DNA of 64,000 bases, from positions 62,010-126,009 of the forward strand of contig CAMJJT010000005.1 of assembly GCA_946406195.1 (NCBI GenBank), written 5' to 3'. The notes below the pieces were generated by a model. The model worked only from the letters and a program-made list of their open reading frames with translations, did no database searches and was not told the DNA's origin. This DNA comes from an uncultured Bacteroidales bacterium (GTDB lineage: Bacteria > Bacteroidota > Bacteroidia > Bacteroidales > Paludibacteraceae). Both the position numbers and the translations under genes were made by a program. This document shows positions 17,625 to 26,817 of the stretch, one piece after another; within the stretch, counting starts at the first letter, position 1; each line of letters opens with the position of its first letter.

Positions 17625-18614
17625 TCAGACTTTTCTAAAACCGATGATCTCACGCACCTCTTCGATGGTTTTTTCAGCGCGGGCAGCTGCTTTCTCAGCC
17701 CCCTGACGCATAATACGGTCGAGGAGTGCGTCATCGGACGAATAGGCAAGAATACGCTCGCGGATAGGCGCAAGAAGTGTATTCGCGTCAGCTGCCATCT
17801 GCTTTTTCATATCTCCGTAGCGGATGGTCATGTTGTTATAGAGGTCGTTGTAATACTCCGTAGCTTCTTTACCGCAGAGCAGTTCGCAGAGGATAAAGAG
17901 GTTTTGGATGACCTCGGGTTTCTCTTGGTTGAGCTGTGTCGGTCCCTGATCGGTCACGGCACGCATGATCTTCTTCGTGACGGTCTTTTCGTCATCGCAG
18001 AGATAGAGACAGTTTCCTTCGGATTTGCCCATTTTACCGGTTCCATCGAGACCCGGCACTTTGACTGCTTTGTCGGCAAAATGGAAGGAAGCGGGTTCTT
18101 TGAAATACTCCACATTATAGATGCGGTTGAAACGACGAGCAAAGAGTCTCGCCATTTCCATGTTTTGCTCTTGGTCCTTCCCAACGGGCACTTTGTCCGC
18201 CTTGTGCATCAAGATATCCGCTGCCATCAAGCAGGGGTAAGTCAGCAAGCCTGCATTCACATTATCAGGCTGTTTGCGCACTTTCTCCTTGAAAGAGGTG
18301 ACGCGCTCGAGTTCGCCCAGATAGGCGTTCATATTGAGATAGAGATAGAGTTCAAGAACTTGCTTGACATCGGATTGCACGTAAATAGGTGCTTTCTCGG
18401 GGTCTATACCACAGGCGAGATACTCGCTAAGAATAGTCTTAACCGATTTACGGATATTATCCGGTGTAGGATGGGTAGTGAGAGAATGCCAATCTGCAAT
18501 AAAGAACATGCAATCATACTCATCCTGCATCTTCACAAAGGATTTCACGGCTCCGAAATAGTTGCCCAAATGGAGGTTTCCCGTCGGTCTTATTCCACTA
18601 ATAACACGTTCCAT
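17625..18614 (-). CDS. trpS: Tryptophan--tRNA ligase
   Basis: GIRPTGNLHLGNY (HIGH-type motif) and KMGKSEGN (KMSKS-type motif). Confidence 0.92.
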   Translation of the reverse strand: MERVISGIRPTGNLHLGNYFGAVKSFVKMQDEYDCMFFIADWHSLTTHPTPDNIRKSVKTILSEYLACGIDPEKAPIYVQSDVKQVLELYLYLNMNAYLGELERVTSFKEKVRKQPDNVNAGLLTYPCLMAADILMHKADKVPVGKDQEQNMEMARLFARRFNRIYNVEYFKEPASFHFADKAVKVPGLDGTGKMGKSEGNCLYLCDDEKTVTKKIMRAVTDQGPTQLNQEKPEVIQNLFILCELLCGKEATEYYNDLYNNMTIRYGDMKKQMAADANTLLAPIRERILAYSSDDALLDRIMRQGAEKAAARAEKTIEEVREIIGFRKV

Positions 18615-18616
18615 GA

Positions 18617-18656
18617 AACGTTAAATTGTTAAATTGTTAAAACGTTAAATTGTTAA
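18617..18656. repeat. 5 x 8 bp tandem repeat (AACGTTAA/ATTGTTAA) filling the trpS-lrp spacer and covering the lrp stop codon
   Basis: aacgttaa attgttaa attgttaa aacgttaa attgttaa. Confidence 0.9.
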
Positions 18657-19111
18657 ATCTCGATCGGTAATTGACGATAGATGGGTTGCGCGAGGGCGGT
18701 AAGGGTCGTTGTGTTAGAGACACCCGGGATCTCTTGGATCTTCGTATTAAGGAGCTGCAAGAGGTGCTCATTATCGCGCGCGAATACTTTAATAAGGAGT
18801 CCGAACGCGCCCAGCGTATATTGCGCCTCCACTACTTCGGGAATCTGCTCCAACGCCGCAATGACTTGGTTGTACATCGAAGCCTTCTCCATCGTGATAC
18901 CAATATACACACAGAGTTGGTAACCTAACGACTTGGGGTACACGTGGTAACTGGAACCCGTGATAATACCGTTATCGAACATTTTTTGCACGCGTTGGTG
19001 TACGGCAGCACGGGAGACTCCGCATTGCTCTGCTACATCCTTAAAAGGCACACGCGCGCTCTGCGTGATTATCTTCAAAATCTTTCGGTCTAATTCGTCA
19101 ATTTTTTCCAT
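18653..19111 (-). CDS. Lrp/AsnC family transcriptional regulator
   Basis: LDRKILKIITQSARVPFKDVAEQCGVSRAAVHQRV HTH region plus a C-terminal RAM/AsnC domain. Confidence 0.85.
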   Translation of the reverse strand: MEKIDELDRKILKIITQSARVPFKDVAEQCGVSRAAVHQRVQKMFDNGIITGSSYHVYPKSLGYQLCVYIGITMEKASMYNQVIAALEQIPEVVEAQYTLGAFGLLIKVFARDNEHLLQLLNTKIQEIPGVSNTTTLTALAQPIYRQLPIEI

Positions 19112-19140
19112 TATTTCAGTAAAACGTTAAAATTTGAGTG

Positions 19141-19188
19141 CAAAGGTACAACTTTTTTTGCATATGTGCAAGATTTTTTGTAATTTTG
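19141..19188. promoter_or_regulatory. Back-to-back divergent promoters (TACCTTTG for lrp on the minus strand, TAATTTTG for the methyltransferase on the plus strand) sharing one palindromic -33 core
   Basis: caaaggta-caactttt-TTTGCATATGTGCAAG-attttttg-taattttg. TTG to the -7 box is 23 nt in both directions. Confidence 0.6.
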
Positions 19189-19207
19189 CAGCGATTTTTG
19201 TAACATT

Positions 19208-19837
19208 ATGATACTTGAAGAGTATATTTCGACCCATTCTACGCCAGAAAACGACATTTTGGCGTCCATTACGCGAGAGACCCACTTGCATGTTTTGAAC
19301 CCTCATATGCTGAGCGGTCATGTGCAAGGCAGAGTGCTGAGTATGATCAGTCATATGCTTCGTCCGAAGCGGATTTTGGAGTTAGGCACGTTCACCGGTT
19401 ATTCGGCACTATGCTTGGCGGAAGGACTGGAGGAAGGCGGCAAGTTGGTGACCATTGAGCACAACGACGAGCTGGAGGAGATGATAAGACGCAATTTCGC
19501 TCGTTCACCACTTGGCGAACGAATCGAATTGCGTATTGGAGATTGTATATTGGAGATTGAAAAATTGGAAGGTCCTTTTGACCTGGTGTTTATCGATGCG
19601 GATAAACGCGAGTACTGCGCTTATCTGGAGATGGTGTATCCGCTTGTGCCCGTCGGAGGATTCATCTTGGCGGATAACACGCTCTGGGACGGACATATCA
19701 TCGATCCGGCGTACGACAAGGACAAACAGACACTCGGGTTGCGGGCTTTCAACGACCATGTAGCAGCGGACGAACGGTTCGAGCAAGTGATCCTTCCCCT
19801 GCGCGACGGATTGACTATTATACGGAAAGTGAAATAA
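19208..19837 (+). CDS. Class I SAM-dependent O-methyltransferase (caffeoyl-CoA OMT / YrrM-like)
   Basis: ILELGTFTGYSALCLAEG SAM motif and FDLVFIDADKREY. Confidence 0.85.
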   Translation: MILEEYISTHSTPENDILASITRETHLHVLNPHMLSGHVQGRVLSMISHMLRPKRILELGTFTGYSALCLAEGLEEGGKLVTIEHNDELEEMIRRNFARSPLGERIELRIGDCILEIEKLEGPFDLVFIDADKREYCAYLEMVYPLVPVGGFILADNTLWDGHIIDPAYDKDKQTLGLRAFNDHVAADERFEQVILPLRDGLTIIRKVK

Positions 19838-20097
19838 ATTTACATATTTATTTGCATATTTGCAAAATTTGTTGTACTTCGGCACGCCCTTATTTGTCTA
19901 AAGACAAACAAGGAATCCTCCGAAGGAACGTTCGCATTTTGCGGGATATATGGACACGGGCGAGAATTTTTTTTGCCGAGCATGAAGGCTTCCTATTTTG
20001 CACGCATACATATCGACTTATGCAAGCATAGCCGCTATCTATTCGTGCAAAATAGATAGAATTTTATTCTATTCGGCAAAAAAAAATTCCCGAACGC

Positions 20098-20128
20098 TTG
20101 CATATATGCAAAATTTGTTGTACCTTTG
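20098..20128 (+). promoter_or_regulatory. Promoter (-33 TTG within TTGCATATATGCAAA, -7 TACCTTTG) for lysS-gpsA-pgi
   Basis: ttgcatatatgcaaaatttgttg TACCTTTG, 62 nt upstream of the lysS ATG. Confidence 0.6.
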
Positions 20129-20189
20129 TACCCGATTTTATGTATTCACATAAATTTAACCAAACAGTAAATCAATTTATACAGATAAA

Positions 20190-21770
20190 ATGGAATTAAG
20201 CGAACAAGAATTAGTACGACGACAGAGTCTGCAGACCATGCGCGAAATGGGCATTGATCCTTACCCTGCTGCCGAGTATGAAGTAACAGGTTATTCAACC
20301 GAAATCAAAGCCGGATTTGTAGATGAAGGCGCGGTCAGCGACCGAGGCGAACAGCCATGCGGCGTGAGGGAATGGCACACAGGTGACACCGTACGTATTG
20401 CCGGACGTCTGATGTCCAAACGTATTATGGGCAAGGCTTCTTTCATTGAGATTCAGGACTCAAAGGGACGTATTCAGGTGTATGTCAGCAGAGATGACAT
20501 TCAAGAGCCCGTTGCTGAGGGTGAACAAGCTACGACTGTGGAGCAGCAGATGTACAATGTGGTATTCAAGAAACTTCTGGATATCGGCGATTTCATCGGC
20601 ATTGAGGGATTCGTTTTCCGCACACAAATGGGCGAAATCAGCGTTCATGCGAAGAAACTGACCGTGTTGGCAAAGAGCCTGAAACCGCTGCCGATCGTAA
20701 AATACAAAGATGGTGTGGCGTACGACGGATTCAATGATCCGGAGCAGCGTTACAGACAGCGTTATGTGGATCTGGTTGTGAACGAGGGTGTTAAGGACAC
20801 CTTCCTTAAACGAGCCACTATCCTCCGCACGATGCGTCAGGTGTTCGACGAGGCAGGTTATACCGAGGTGGAGACACCTATTCTGCAACAGATAGCCGGC
20901 GGTGCGAGTGCTCGTCCGTTCATTACGCATCATAACTCGCTCGACGTAGATATGTACCTGCGTATTGCCACCGAGCTCTATCTGAAACGACTGATTGTCG
21001 GCGGTTTTGAGGGCGTGTATGAGATCGGTCGTAACTTCCGCAACGAGGGCATGGACCGCAGTCACAACCCGGAGTTTACCTGCATGGAGCTGTATGTACA
21101 ATACAAAGACTACAACTGGATGATGGGCTTCACGGAGCAGCTGTTGGAGAAGATCGCGATTGCCGTAAACGGTACGACGAAAGTGAAAGTGGGTGACAAC
21201 GAGATCGATTTCAAGGCACCTTACAGAAGATTGCCGATTTTGGATGCTATCAAGGAAAAGACAGGTTTGGACTTGGCTTCGATGAGCGAAGATGAGATCC
21301 GCATAGAGGCAAAGAAACTCGGCGTAGAGGACACGGAGCACATGGGTAAAGGTAAGCTGATTGACGAGATCTTCGGCGAGACTTGCGAGGGTTCGTTTAT
21401 CCAGCCGACCTTTATTACCGATTATCCGGTTGAGATGAGCCCGCTGACGAAGATGCACCGGAGTAAACCCGGTCTGACCGAGCGTTTTGAGCTGATGGTG
21501 AACGGCAAAGAGCTGGCAAACGCATACTCGGAGCTGAACGACCCAATCGACCAATACAACCGTTTTGTAGAGCAGATGAAGTTGGCAGACAAGGGTGACG
21601 ACGAGGCAATGGTAATCGACCACGACTTTATGCGCGCGTTGGAATATGGTATGCCGCCTACATCGGGTATCGGTATCGGTATCGACCGTCTGGCCATCCT
21701 CATGACCGGACAGCCGACAATTCAGGAGGTTTTGTTGTTCCCGACGATGAAACCGGAAGTCAATGAATAG
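20190..21770 (+). CDS. lysS: Lysine--tRNA ligase, class II
   Basis: OB-fold RIMGKASFIEIQDSKGRIQVY. Class II motifs FRNEGMDRSHNPEFT, ELANAYSELNDP and GMPPTSGIGIGIDRL. Confidence 0.93.
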   Translation: MELSEQELVRRQSLQTMREMGIDPYPAAEYEVTGYSTEIKAGFVDEGAVSDRGEQPCGVREWHTGDTVRIAGRLMSKRIMGKASFIEIQDSKGRIQVYVSRDDIQEPVAEGEQATTVEQQMYNVVFKKLLDIGDFIGIEGFVFRTQMGEISVHAKKLTVLAKSLKPLPIVKYKDGVAYDGFNDPEQRYRQRYVDLVVNEGVKDTFLKRATILRTMRQVFDEAGYTEVETPILQQIAGGASARPFITHHNSLDVDMYLRIATELYLKRLIVGGFEGVYEIGRNFRNEGMDRSHNPEFTCMELYVQYKDYNWMMGFTEQLLEKIAIAVNGTTKVKVGDNEIDFKAPYRRLPILDAIKEKTGLDLASMSEDEIRIEAKKLGVEDTEHMGKGKLIDEIFGETCEGSFIQPTFITDYPVEMSPLTKMHRSKPGLTERFELMVNGKELANAYSELNDPIDQYNRFVEQMKLADKGDDEAMVIDHDFMRALEYGMPPTSGIGIGIDRLAILMTGQPTIQEVLLFPTMKPEVNE

Positions 21771-21814
21771 ACCGCTTCGCTAAAAGAACAAAGACCGCTT
21801 CGCTAAAAGAATAA
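21769..21814. repeat. 2 x 23 bp direct repeat just 3' of lysS, with an inverted partner at 21879-21890
   Basis: agaccgcttcgctaaaagaacaa / agaccgcttcgctaaaagaataa. The downstream agcgaacggtct is complementary to the repeat head. Confidence 0.75.
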
Positions 21815-21906
21815 AGACTTAACACATTCGACTATACCAGACATTTAAGTCCTTAATCCTTACTCATTTAGTGAGCGCAGCGAACGGTCTATAATCCAAA
21901 ATAAAT

Positions 21907-22896
21907 ATGTATAGAAAAGTAGCTATTCTCGGTTCTGGGTCATGGGCGACAGCGCTCGCGAAGATCGTCATGCAGAACCAAGGCGAGATCAACTGGTTCA
22001 TCCGCCGTCAGGAAGTCATCGATGAGTTTATCTCGACGGGTAAGAACCCCTCATATCTGGGCGCCGCAGAGTTTGACGTAAGCCGTATTCATTTCTCGTC
22101 GGACATCAACCAGACTGTAGCCCAGTCGGATGTACTGATCCTCGCTATCCCTTCACCCTATGTGAAGCAGTCGTTAGCTAAGATTCGTCGTGACATGACG
22201 CACAAAGTGGTTATCTCAGCCGTGAAGGGTATGATCCCCGACCTGAACGTGATCATTACCGATTATCTGCACAACCGTTTTGGTATCAGTTACGATCAGT
22301 TAGGCGTTATTGCCGGCCCGTGTCACGCGGAGGAGATTGCGCTGGAACGACTCAGTTACCTCACTATCGGTTGCGAGAACCGGCAGAACGCGGAGACATG
22401 GTCGAAACTGTTCCAGACGAGTTATGTACGCACTACGATCTCGAACGACGTCATCGGATTGGAGTACAGCTCTGTGATGAAGAATATCTACGCGATCGCG
22501 GCAGGAATGTGTCAGGCGCTTCATTACGGCGATAACTTCCAAGCGGTGCTACTGAGTAACGCTATTCAGGAGATCCAACGTTTTGCGACCGCAACGAGTA
22601 ATGTACCGCGTGACATCACTGCGTCGGGTTATCTGGGCGACGTACTCGTTACGGGTTATTCGCAGTTCAGCCGTAACCGTCAGTTCGGTCAGATGCTCGG
22701 TATGGGTTATTCCGTCAAAGCCGCCCAGATGGAGATGGAGATGGTAGCCGAAGGTTATTACGGCACGAAAGCGATCCACGAGGCGAACCAACGGATGCAA
22801 GTATCCCTTCCCATCGTGGACGCGATGTACGAGATCCTATACAACAAACAAAAAGCCAAACCAATCATTAAGTCATTAACAACTAAATTACAATAA
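21907..22896 (+). CDS. gpsA: NAD(P)H-dependent glycerol-3-phosphate dehydrogenase
   Basis: [13 protein letters not shown] Rossmann motif, [16 protein letters not shown]. Confidence 0.9.
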   Translation: MYRKVAILGSGSWATALAKIVMQNQGEINWFIRRQEVIDEFISTGKNPSYLGAAEFDVSRIHFSSDINQTVAQSDVLILAIPSPYVKQSLAKIRRDMTHKVVISAVKGMIPDLNVIITDYLHNRFGISYDQLGVIAGPCHAEEIALERLSYLTIGCENRQNAETWSKLFQTSYVRTTISNDVIGLEYSSVMKNIYAIAAGMCQALHYGDNFQAVLLSNAIQEIQRFATATSNVPRDITASGYLGDVLVTGYSQFSRNRQFGQMLGMGYSVKAAQMEMEMVAEGYYGTKAIHEANQRMQVSLPIVDAMYEILYNKQKAKPIIKSLTTKLQ

Positions 22897-22900
22897 GATC

Positions 22901-24244
22901 ATGCAATTATGTCTTAAAAACGCTGCCTGCTTCGTTGAAGCAGAGGCATTGAAGAAATTGGAGTCTCAGACCGAAGCTGCTAATCTCCTCTTGGAGAATG
23001 GTCAGGGAGCCGGAAACGATTATATCGGTTGGGTACATCTGCCCTCTTCTATCACCGACGCATTCCTGGACGAGGTACAAGCCAGTGCGGATGAGTTACG
23101 CAAGCGTTGCGAAGTAGTTATCGTAGCCGGTATCGGAGGTTCGTACCTTGGAGCCCGCGCTGTGAACGAAGCTCTCTGCTCCGCTTTTGATGCGTTTGTA
23201 GCCAAAGACCGCAAGAACCCGTACGTCGTGTATGCAGGAAATAATATCGGCGAGGACTACTTAGCAGAACTCATGGAGTTCTTGGCAGACAAGCAATTTG
23301 GTATCATCAATATCTCTAAATCCGGAACGACGACCGAGACTGCACTCGCTTTTCGTCTGTTGAAGACCATGCTGGAGAAGCAGGTAGGCAAAGAGGAAGC
23401 GAAGCATCGTATCGTAGCTGTGACGGACCGTGCGAAAGGTGCGCTCCGCAGTCTCGCCACCAAAGAGGGTTATAAGACTTTTGTTATTCCTGATAACGTA
23501 GGCGGACGTTTCTCTGTCCTGACGCCGGTAGGATTGCTGCCGATCGCAGTGGCTGGTGGTGATATCAAAGCGCTGGTTAAGGGTGCACAAGATATGGAGA
23601 AAGCAACGGACGTCAAGGTGCCCTATGCTGAGAACCCGGCATGCCAGTACGCAGCGATGCGTAACGCCCTCTATCAGAGCGGCAAGAAGATTGAGATTCT
23701 CGTGAACTTCAACCCCAAGCTGCACTATTTCAGCGAGTGGTGGAAACAGCTCTACGGCGAATCTGAGGGTAAGGACCACAAGGCTATTTTCCCTGCATCG
23801 GTAGATTTTACGACTGATCTGCACTCAATGGGTCAATGGATCCAAGATGGTGAGCGTACGATCTTCGAGACCGTGATCTCTATTGAGAAAGCGAACAAGC
23901 AAGTATTGGTTCCGATGGACGAAGAGAACCTCGACGGACTGAATTTCCTTGCCGGTAAGCGTGTGGATGAGGTCAATAAGATGGCCGAACTTGGTACGCA
24001 ACTCGCGCACGTGGACGGCGGTGTGCCGAATATTCATATCTCGTTTGAGAAGATCGACGAGTACAACATCGGTCAGTTCATTTATTTCTTCGAGCGCGGA
24101 TGTGGTATCTCCGGTTATGTACTGGATGTCAATCCGTTCAACCAACCGGGTGTGGAGGCATACAAGAAGAATATGTTTGCGCTGCTCGACAAACCGGGCT
24201 ACGAGGCTGAATCGAAAGCTATCAAAGAGCGTTTAGCTAAATAA
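22901..24244 (+). CDS. pgi: Glucose-6-phosphate isomerase
   Basis: [39 protein letters not shown]. Confidence 0.92.
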   Translation: MQLCLKNAACFVEAEALKKLESQTEAANLLLENGQGAGNDYIGWVHLPSSITDAFLDEVQASADELRKRCEVVIVAGIGGSYLGARAVNEALCSAFDAFVAKDRKNPYVVYAGNNIGEDYLAELMEFLADKQFGIINISKSGTTTETALAFRLLKTMLEKQVGKEEAKHRIVAVTDRAKGALRSLATKEGYKTFVIPDNVGGRFSVLTPVGLLPIAVAGGDIKALVKGAQDMEKATDVKVPYAENPACQYAAMRNALYQSGKKIEILVNFNPKLHYFSEWWKQLYGESEGKDHKAIFPASVDFTTDLHSMGQWIQDGERTIFETVISIEKANKQVLVPMDEENLDGLNFLAGKRVDEVNKMAELGTQLAHVDGGVPNIHISFEKIDEYNIGQFIYFFERGCGISGYVLDVNPFNQPGVEAYKKNMFALLDKPGYEAESKAIKERLAK

Positions 24245-24256
24245 ATCAAGATCATT

Positions 24257-24691
24257 ATGAAACGAATCGTATTTGTAGCGCTCCTGAGCGCACTGAGTCT
24301 TACCGGCTTTGCACGCGGTAAACAACCCATAACCTTCCAGAAACTACCGCAGGCGGTACAGGAAGCGGTGCTTGCTAACTTTGAGCAGAGCGAGGTACAA
24401 TTGATCACCAGTGAGAAAATCATGCCCAAACACTATAAATATGTGTTTAACATGGCAGATGGCACGAAGATGGAGTACAACAACAAAGCCGTGCTGCGCA
24501 AAGTGACCAATAAGAAGGGCATCAAAGAGGTGTTTGTGCCGGAGAATATATGTACCTACGTACATGAGACTTTCCCGAACGCCACTATCACGGAGTACAA
24601 ACGGGAGACGATGAAACAGCAGATCGAATTGAATGACAAAATGGATTTAATCTTCAGCACGAAAGGAAAATTCATCCGTATAGACGACTGA
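24257..24691 (+). CDS. PepSY-like secreted protein
   Basis: Signal peptide and two repeated halves, each carrying LPxAV / ..TFPNA..I.E motifs, as in PepSY-like domains. Confidence 0.6.
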   Translation: MKRIVFVALLSALSLTGFARGKQPITFQKLPQAVQEAVLANFEQSEVQLITSEKIMPKHYKYVFNMADGTKMEYNNKAVLRKVTNKKGIKEVFVPENICTYVHETFPNATITEYKRETMKQQIELNDKMDLIFSTKGKFIRIDD

Positions 24692-25963
24692 TTAATGCAC
24701 GAACGAGACGCCTACTAATCGGTCATACCGCGCACCGAAAGGCCGGTAATAGACATAGACGGCGTATTCGTTCTCCGTTTGCCAATAACTACCATCCGCT
24801 CGTTGGGTGGTAGTTTTGTTATTTATGATTGGGGATTTGTCATTTGTGATTGGTGACTTGGGCACAAACCAATACTGATAATCGTATCCGCCCTGTTTGA
24901 CGAGCGCTGTGAGCCAATAACACTTCAGCTCGGAGTCATACTGCATTCGATTACGGAGACTCATCTCATTGGAGAACAACTCCCCGCCTATGTACAAGGA
25001 GCCATCAAGCCAAGGACGCTCCACGGGCAAGGTCCAATGCACCCACATATATTCGCCCTCCGTGTCGCTATCGATGGTATGCTCGGCATTGATGAGGTAT
25101 GCGCCATTCGCATCAAAATGATGCATATACTCTCCCTTCGCCAACTCATCCGCAAAAAGAACGACCTGATAATCGCCCATCTCATAGAACACACGGTCAA
25201 TCGCCGTGCCGGCATAGAAACGCGAGAAAGCATCGAAATGATGGTACTCGTTGCCGCCCTCAAAAATAAGATCCTTGAGTTGCTGGTATTTCAGATGGTT
25301 CTGGGCTAGATAGGTAGGTCTCGTCAACCATACCGAATTGTCCACGCGGTTATTCTGGGTGACCAACACACGGATCTCGTTCGGATCCTTGACATTGAGG
25401 TTGGTGGTATTCACATCGAGGTCCAGCTGCTGATACCTGCCGTTGAACTCTATATCCGTATTACTGCGAACACCTGCCTCTATCTTCACCATCGGTTCGA
25501 CTACGCTGAAATCGACCTGCGCGACCTGTTTGTCGCGGTCTCCGTCCTCATAGATGGTAATCCGGTAATTGCCGCTGAGAGTAAGCACCATGTCGGAGTT
25601 AGGGAAAGCGAAGCTATAATGTGTGTATTCGCGATTCGTGTTGATCGAGTGCTCATAATCTGTAATATCCTGAGTAGTAAAACCCCTCAGATACTCACCG
25701 GATAGAATATTGCTCTCAGCCGTCCAATCAGCTTTCATATGATGTACTGTATAGGTGTAGAAATGCACGTCATGACTCATCTCGTCGAAGGATATATACA
25801 AGGTATTTTCCGGATCGGAACCATCCAGAGGTGCATTTAAAGTAAGGAACGTGCGCGCAACGCGTAACGTGCGTATACGCTCGTCATAGACACGCGTATG
25901 CGTCTGCGCCTGCAGGCCGACAAACATAGCTATAAAAGCGATTATGCACCCTATTATTTTCAT
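24692..25963 (-). CDS. DUF5103-like (type IX secretion plug-like) protein
   Basis: ORF trimmed to the ATG at 25961-25963 (MKIIGC...). YDERIRTLRV, ISFDEMSHDVHFYTYTVHHMKADW and SGNYRITIYEDGD resemble the DUF5103 family as I remember it. Contains an in-frame repeat insert. Confidence 0.6.
   Translation of the reverse strand: MKIIGCIIAFIAMFVGLQAQTHTRVYDERIRTLRVARTFLTLNAPLDGSDPENTLYISFDEMSHDVHFYTYTVHHMKADWTAESNILSGEYLRGFTTQDITDYEHSINTNREYTHYSFAFPNSDMVLTLSGNYRITIYEDGDRDKQVAQVDFSVVEPMVKIEAGVRSNTDIEFNGRYQQLDLDVNTTNLNVKDPNEIRVLVTQNNRVDNSVWLTRPTYLAQNHLKYQQLKDLIFEGGNEYHHFDAFSRFYAGTAIDRVFYEMGDYQVVLFADELAKGEYMHHFDANGAYLINAEHTIDSDTEGEYMWVHWTLPVERPWLDGSLYIGGELFSNEMSLRNRMQYDSELKCYWLTALVKQGGYDYQYWFVPKSPITNDKSPIINNKTTTQRADGSYWQTENEYAVYVYYRPFGARYDRLVGVSFVH
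24817..24860. repeat. About 6 x 7 bp degenerate tandem repeat inside the DUF5103-like CDS
   Basis: gttattt atgattg gggattt gtcattt gtgattg gtgactt. Coding strand gives KSPITNDKSPIINNK. Confidence 0.7.
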
Positions 25964-25972
25964 TTCCGGTTG

Positions 25973-26002
25973 CAAAATTACAAAAAATATACCAAAGTAC
26001 AA
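25973..26002 (-). promoter_or_regulatory. Promoter (-7 TAATTTTG) for the DUF5103-like gene
   Basis: Minus strand reads ttgtactttggtatattttttg TAATTTTG. Confidence 0.5.
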
Positions 26003-26020
26003 AATATTTTTGCAAAAAAT

Positions 26021-26051
26021 TTGCGTATATCAAAAAAAAGCAGTACCTTTG
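26021..26051 (+). promoter_or_regulatory. Promoter (-33 TTG, -7 TACCTTTG) for tRNA-Thr
   Basis: ttgcgtatatcaaaaaaaagcag TACCTTTG, 20 nt upstream of the tRNA 5' end. Confidence 0.6.
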
Positions 26052-26071
26052 CACCCGCTTTTGCGATTTCT

Positions 26072-26144
<73 letters not shown>

Positions 26145-26145
26145 C

Positions 26146-26172
26146 AAGGGGAACGGTTAGTTCCCTTTTTTT
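26146..26172 (+). terminator. Hairpin plus T-run after tRNA-Thr
   Basis: aaggggaac-ggtta-gttcccttttttt. Confidence 0.6.
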
Positions 26173-26177
26173 GTACA

Positions 26178-26792
26178 ATGTCCAAACAACCCGCTATCAT
26201 AGTGCCCGAAGGTTGCAGCAAAGTGTTGCTGCATGCCTGCTGTGCTCCCTGCTCCAGTGCGATTGTAGAATGGCTAATGGCGCATAAGATTGAACCCGTT
26301 ATCTTTTATTTTAATCCGAATATATACCCGCAGGAGGAATACGAGATTCGCAAGAATGAAAGCAAGCGTCACGCGGCGTCTTTAGGGATTGAATGGATAG
26401 ACGAAGACTACGCCCATGAAGCATGGCGGCAGGATATTTGTGGATTAGAGAGCGAGCCGGAGAGGGGAAAACGATGCGAGGCATGTTTCTACCATCGTTT
26501 AGTTGTGACTGCCCGCAAAGCGCAGGAGTTAGGCATCCCGTATTTCGCTACTACCCTTGCTTCATCGCGATGGAAGAACCTCGACCAGATCAACCGAGCC
26601 GGAGAGAAGGCAGCACAAGCGGTCGGCAATGCGGTTCATTTTTGGCCGCAAAACTGGCGAAAGGACGGCTTACAGGAACGAAGAAACCAATTATTGAAAG
26701 AATATGACTTTTACAATCAAACGTATTGCGGCTGTGAGTTTAGTATACGTACCGGCTCTGACAGCTTTCGCAAACAGTCTGCTAACTCCTGA
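26178..26792 (+). CDS. queH: Epoxyqueuosine reductase QueH (DUF208)
   Basis: ORF trimmed to the ATG at 26178 (MSKQPAI...). LLHACCAPCS, CxxC (KRCEACF), and C-terminal YNQTYCGCEFS. Confidence 0.85.
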   Translation: MSKQPAIIVPEGCSKVLLHACCAPCSSAIVEWLMAHKIEPVIFYFNPNIYPQEEYEIRKNESKRHAASLGIEWIDEDYAHEAWRQDICGLESEPERGKRCEACFYHRLVVTARKAQELGIPYFATTLASSRWKNLDQINRAGEKAAQAVGNAVHFWPQNWRKDGLQERRNQLLKEYDFYNQTYCGCEFSIRTGSDSFRKQSANS

Positions 26793-26817
26793 AGAGATTA
26801 CGAAATTCAAATAATCC

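Noticed and set aside
20460-21623. 387 aa minus-strand ORF
   Set aside because: Antisense to lysS, with no recognisable motifs.
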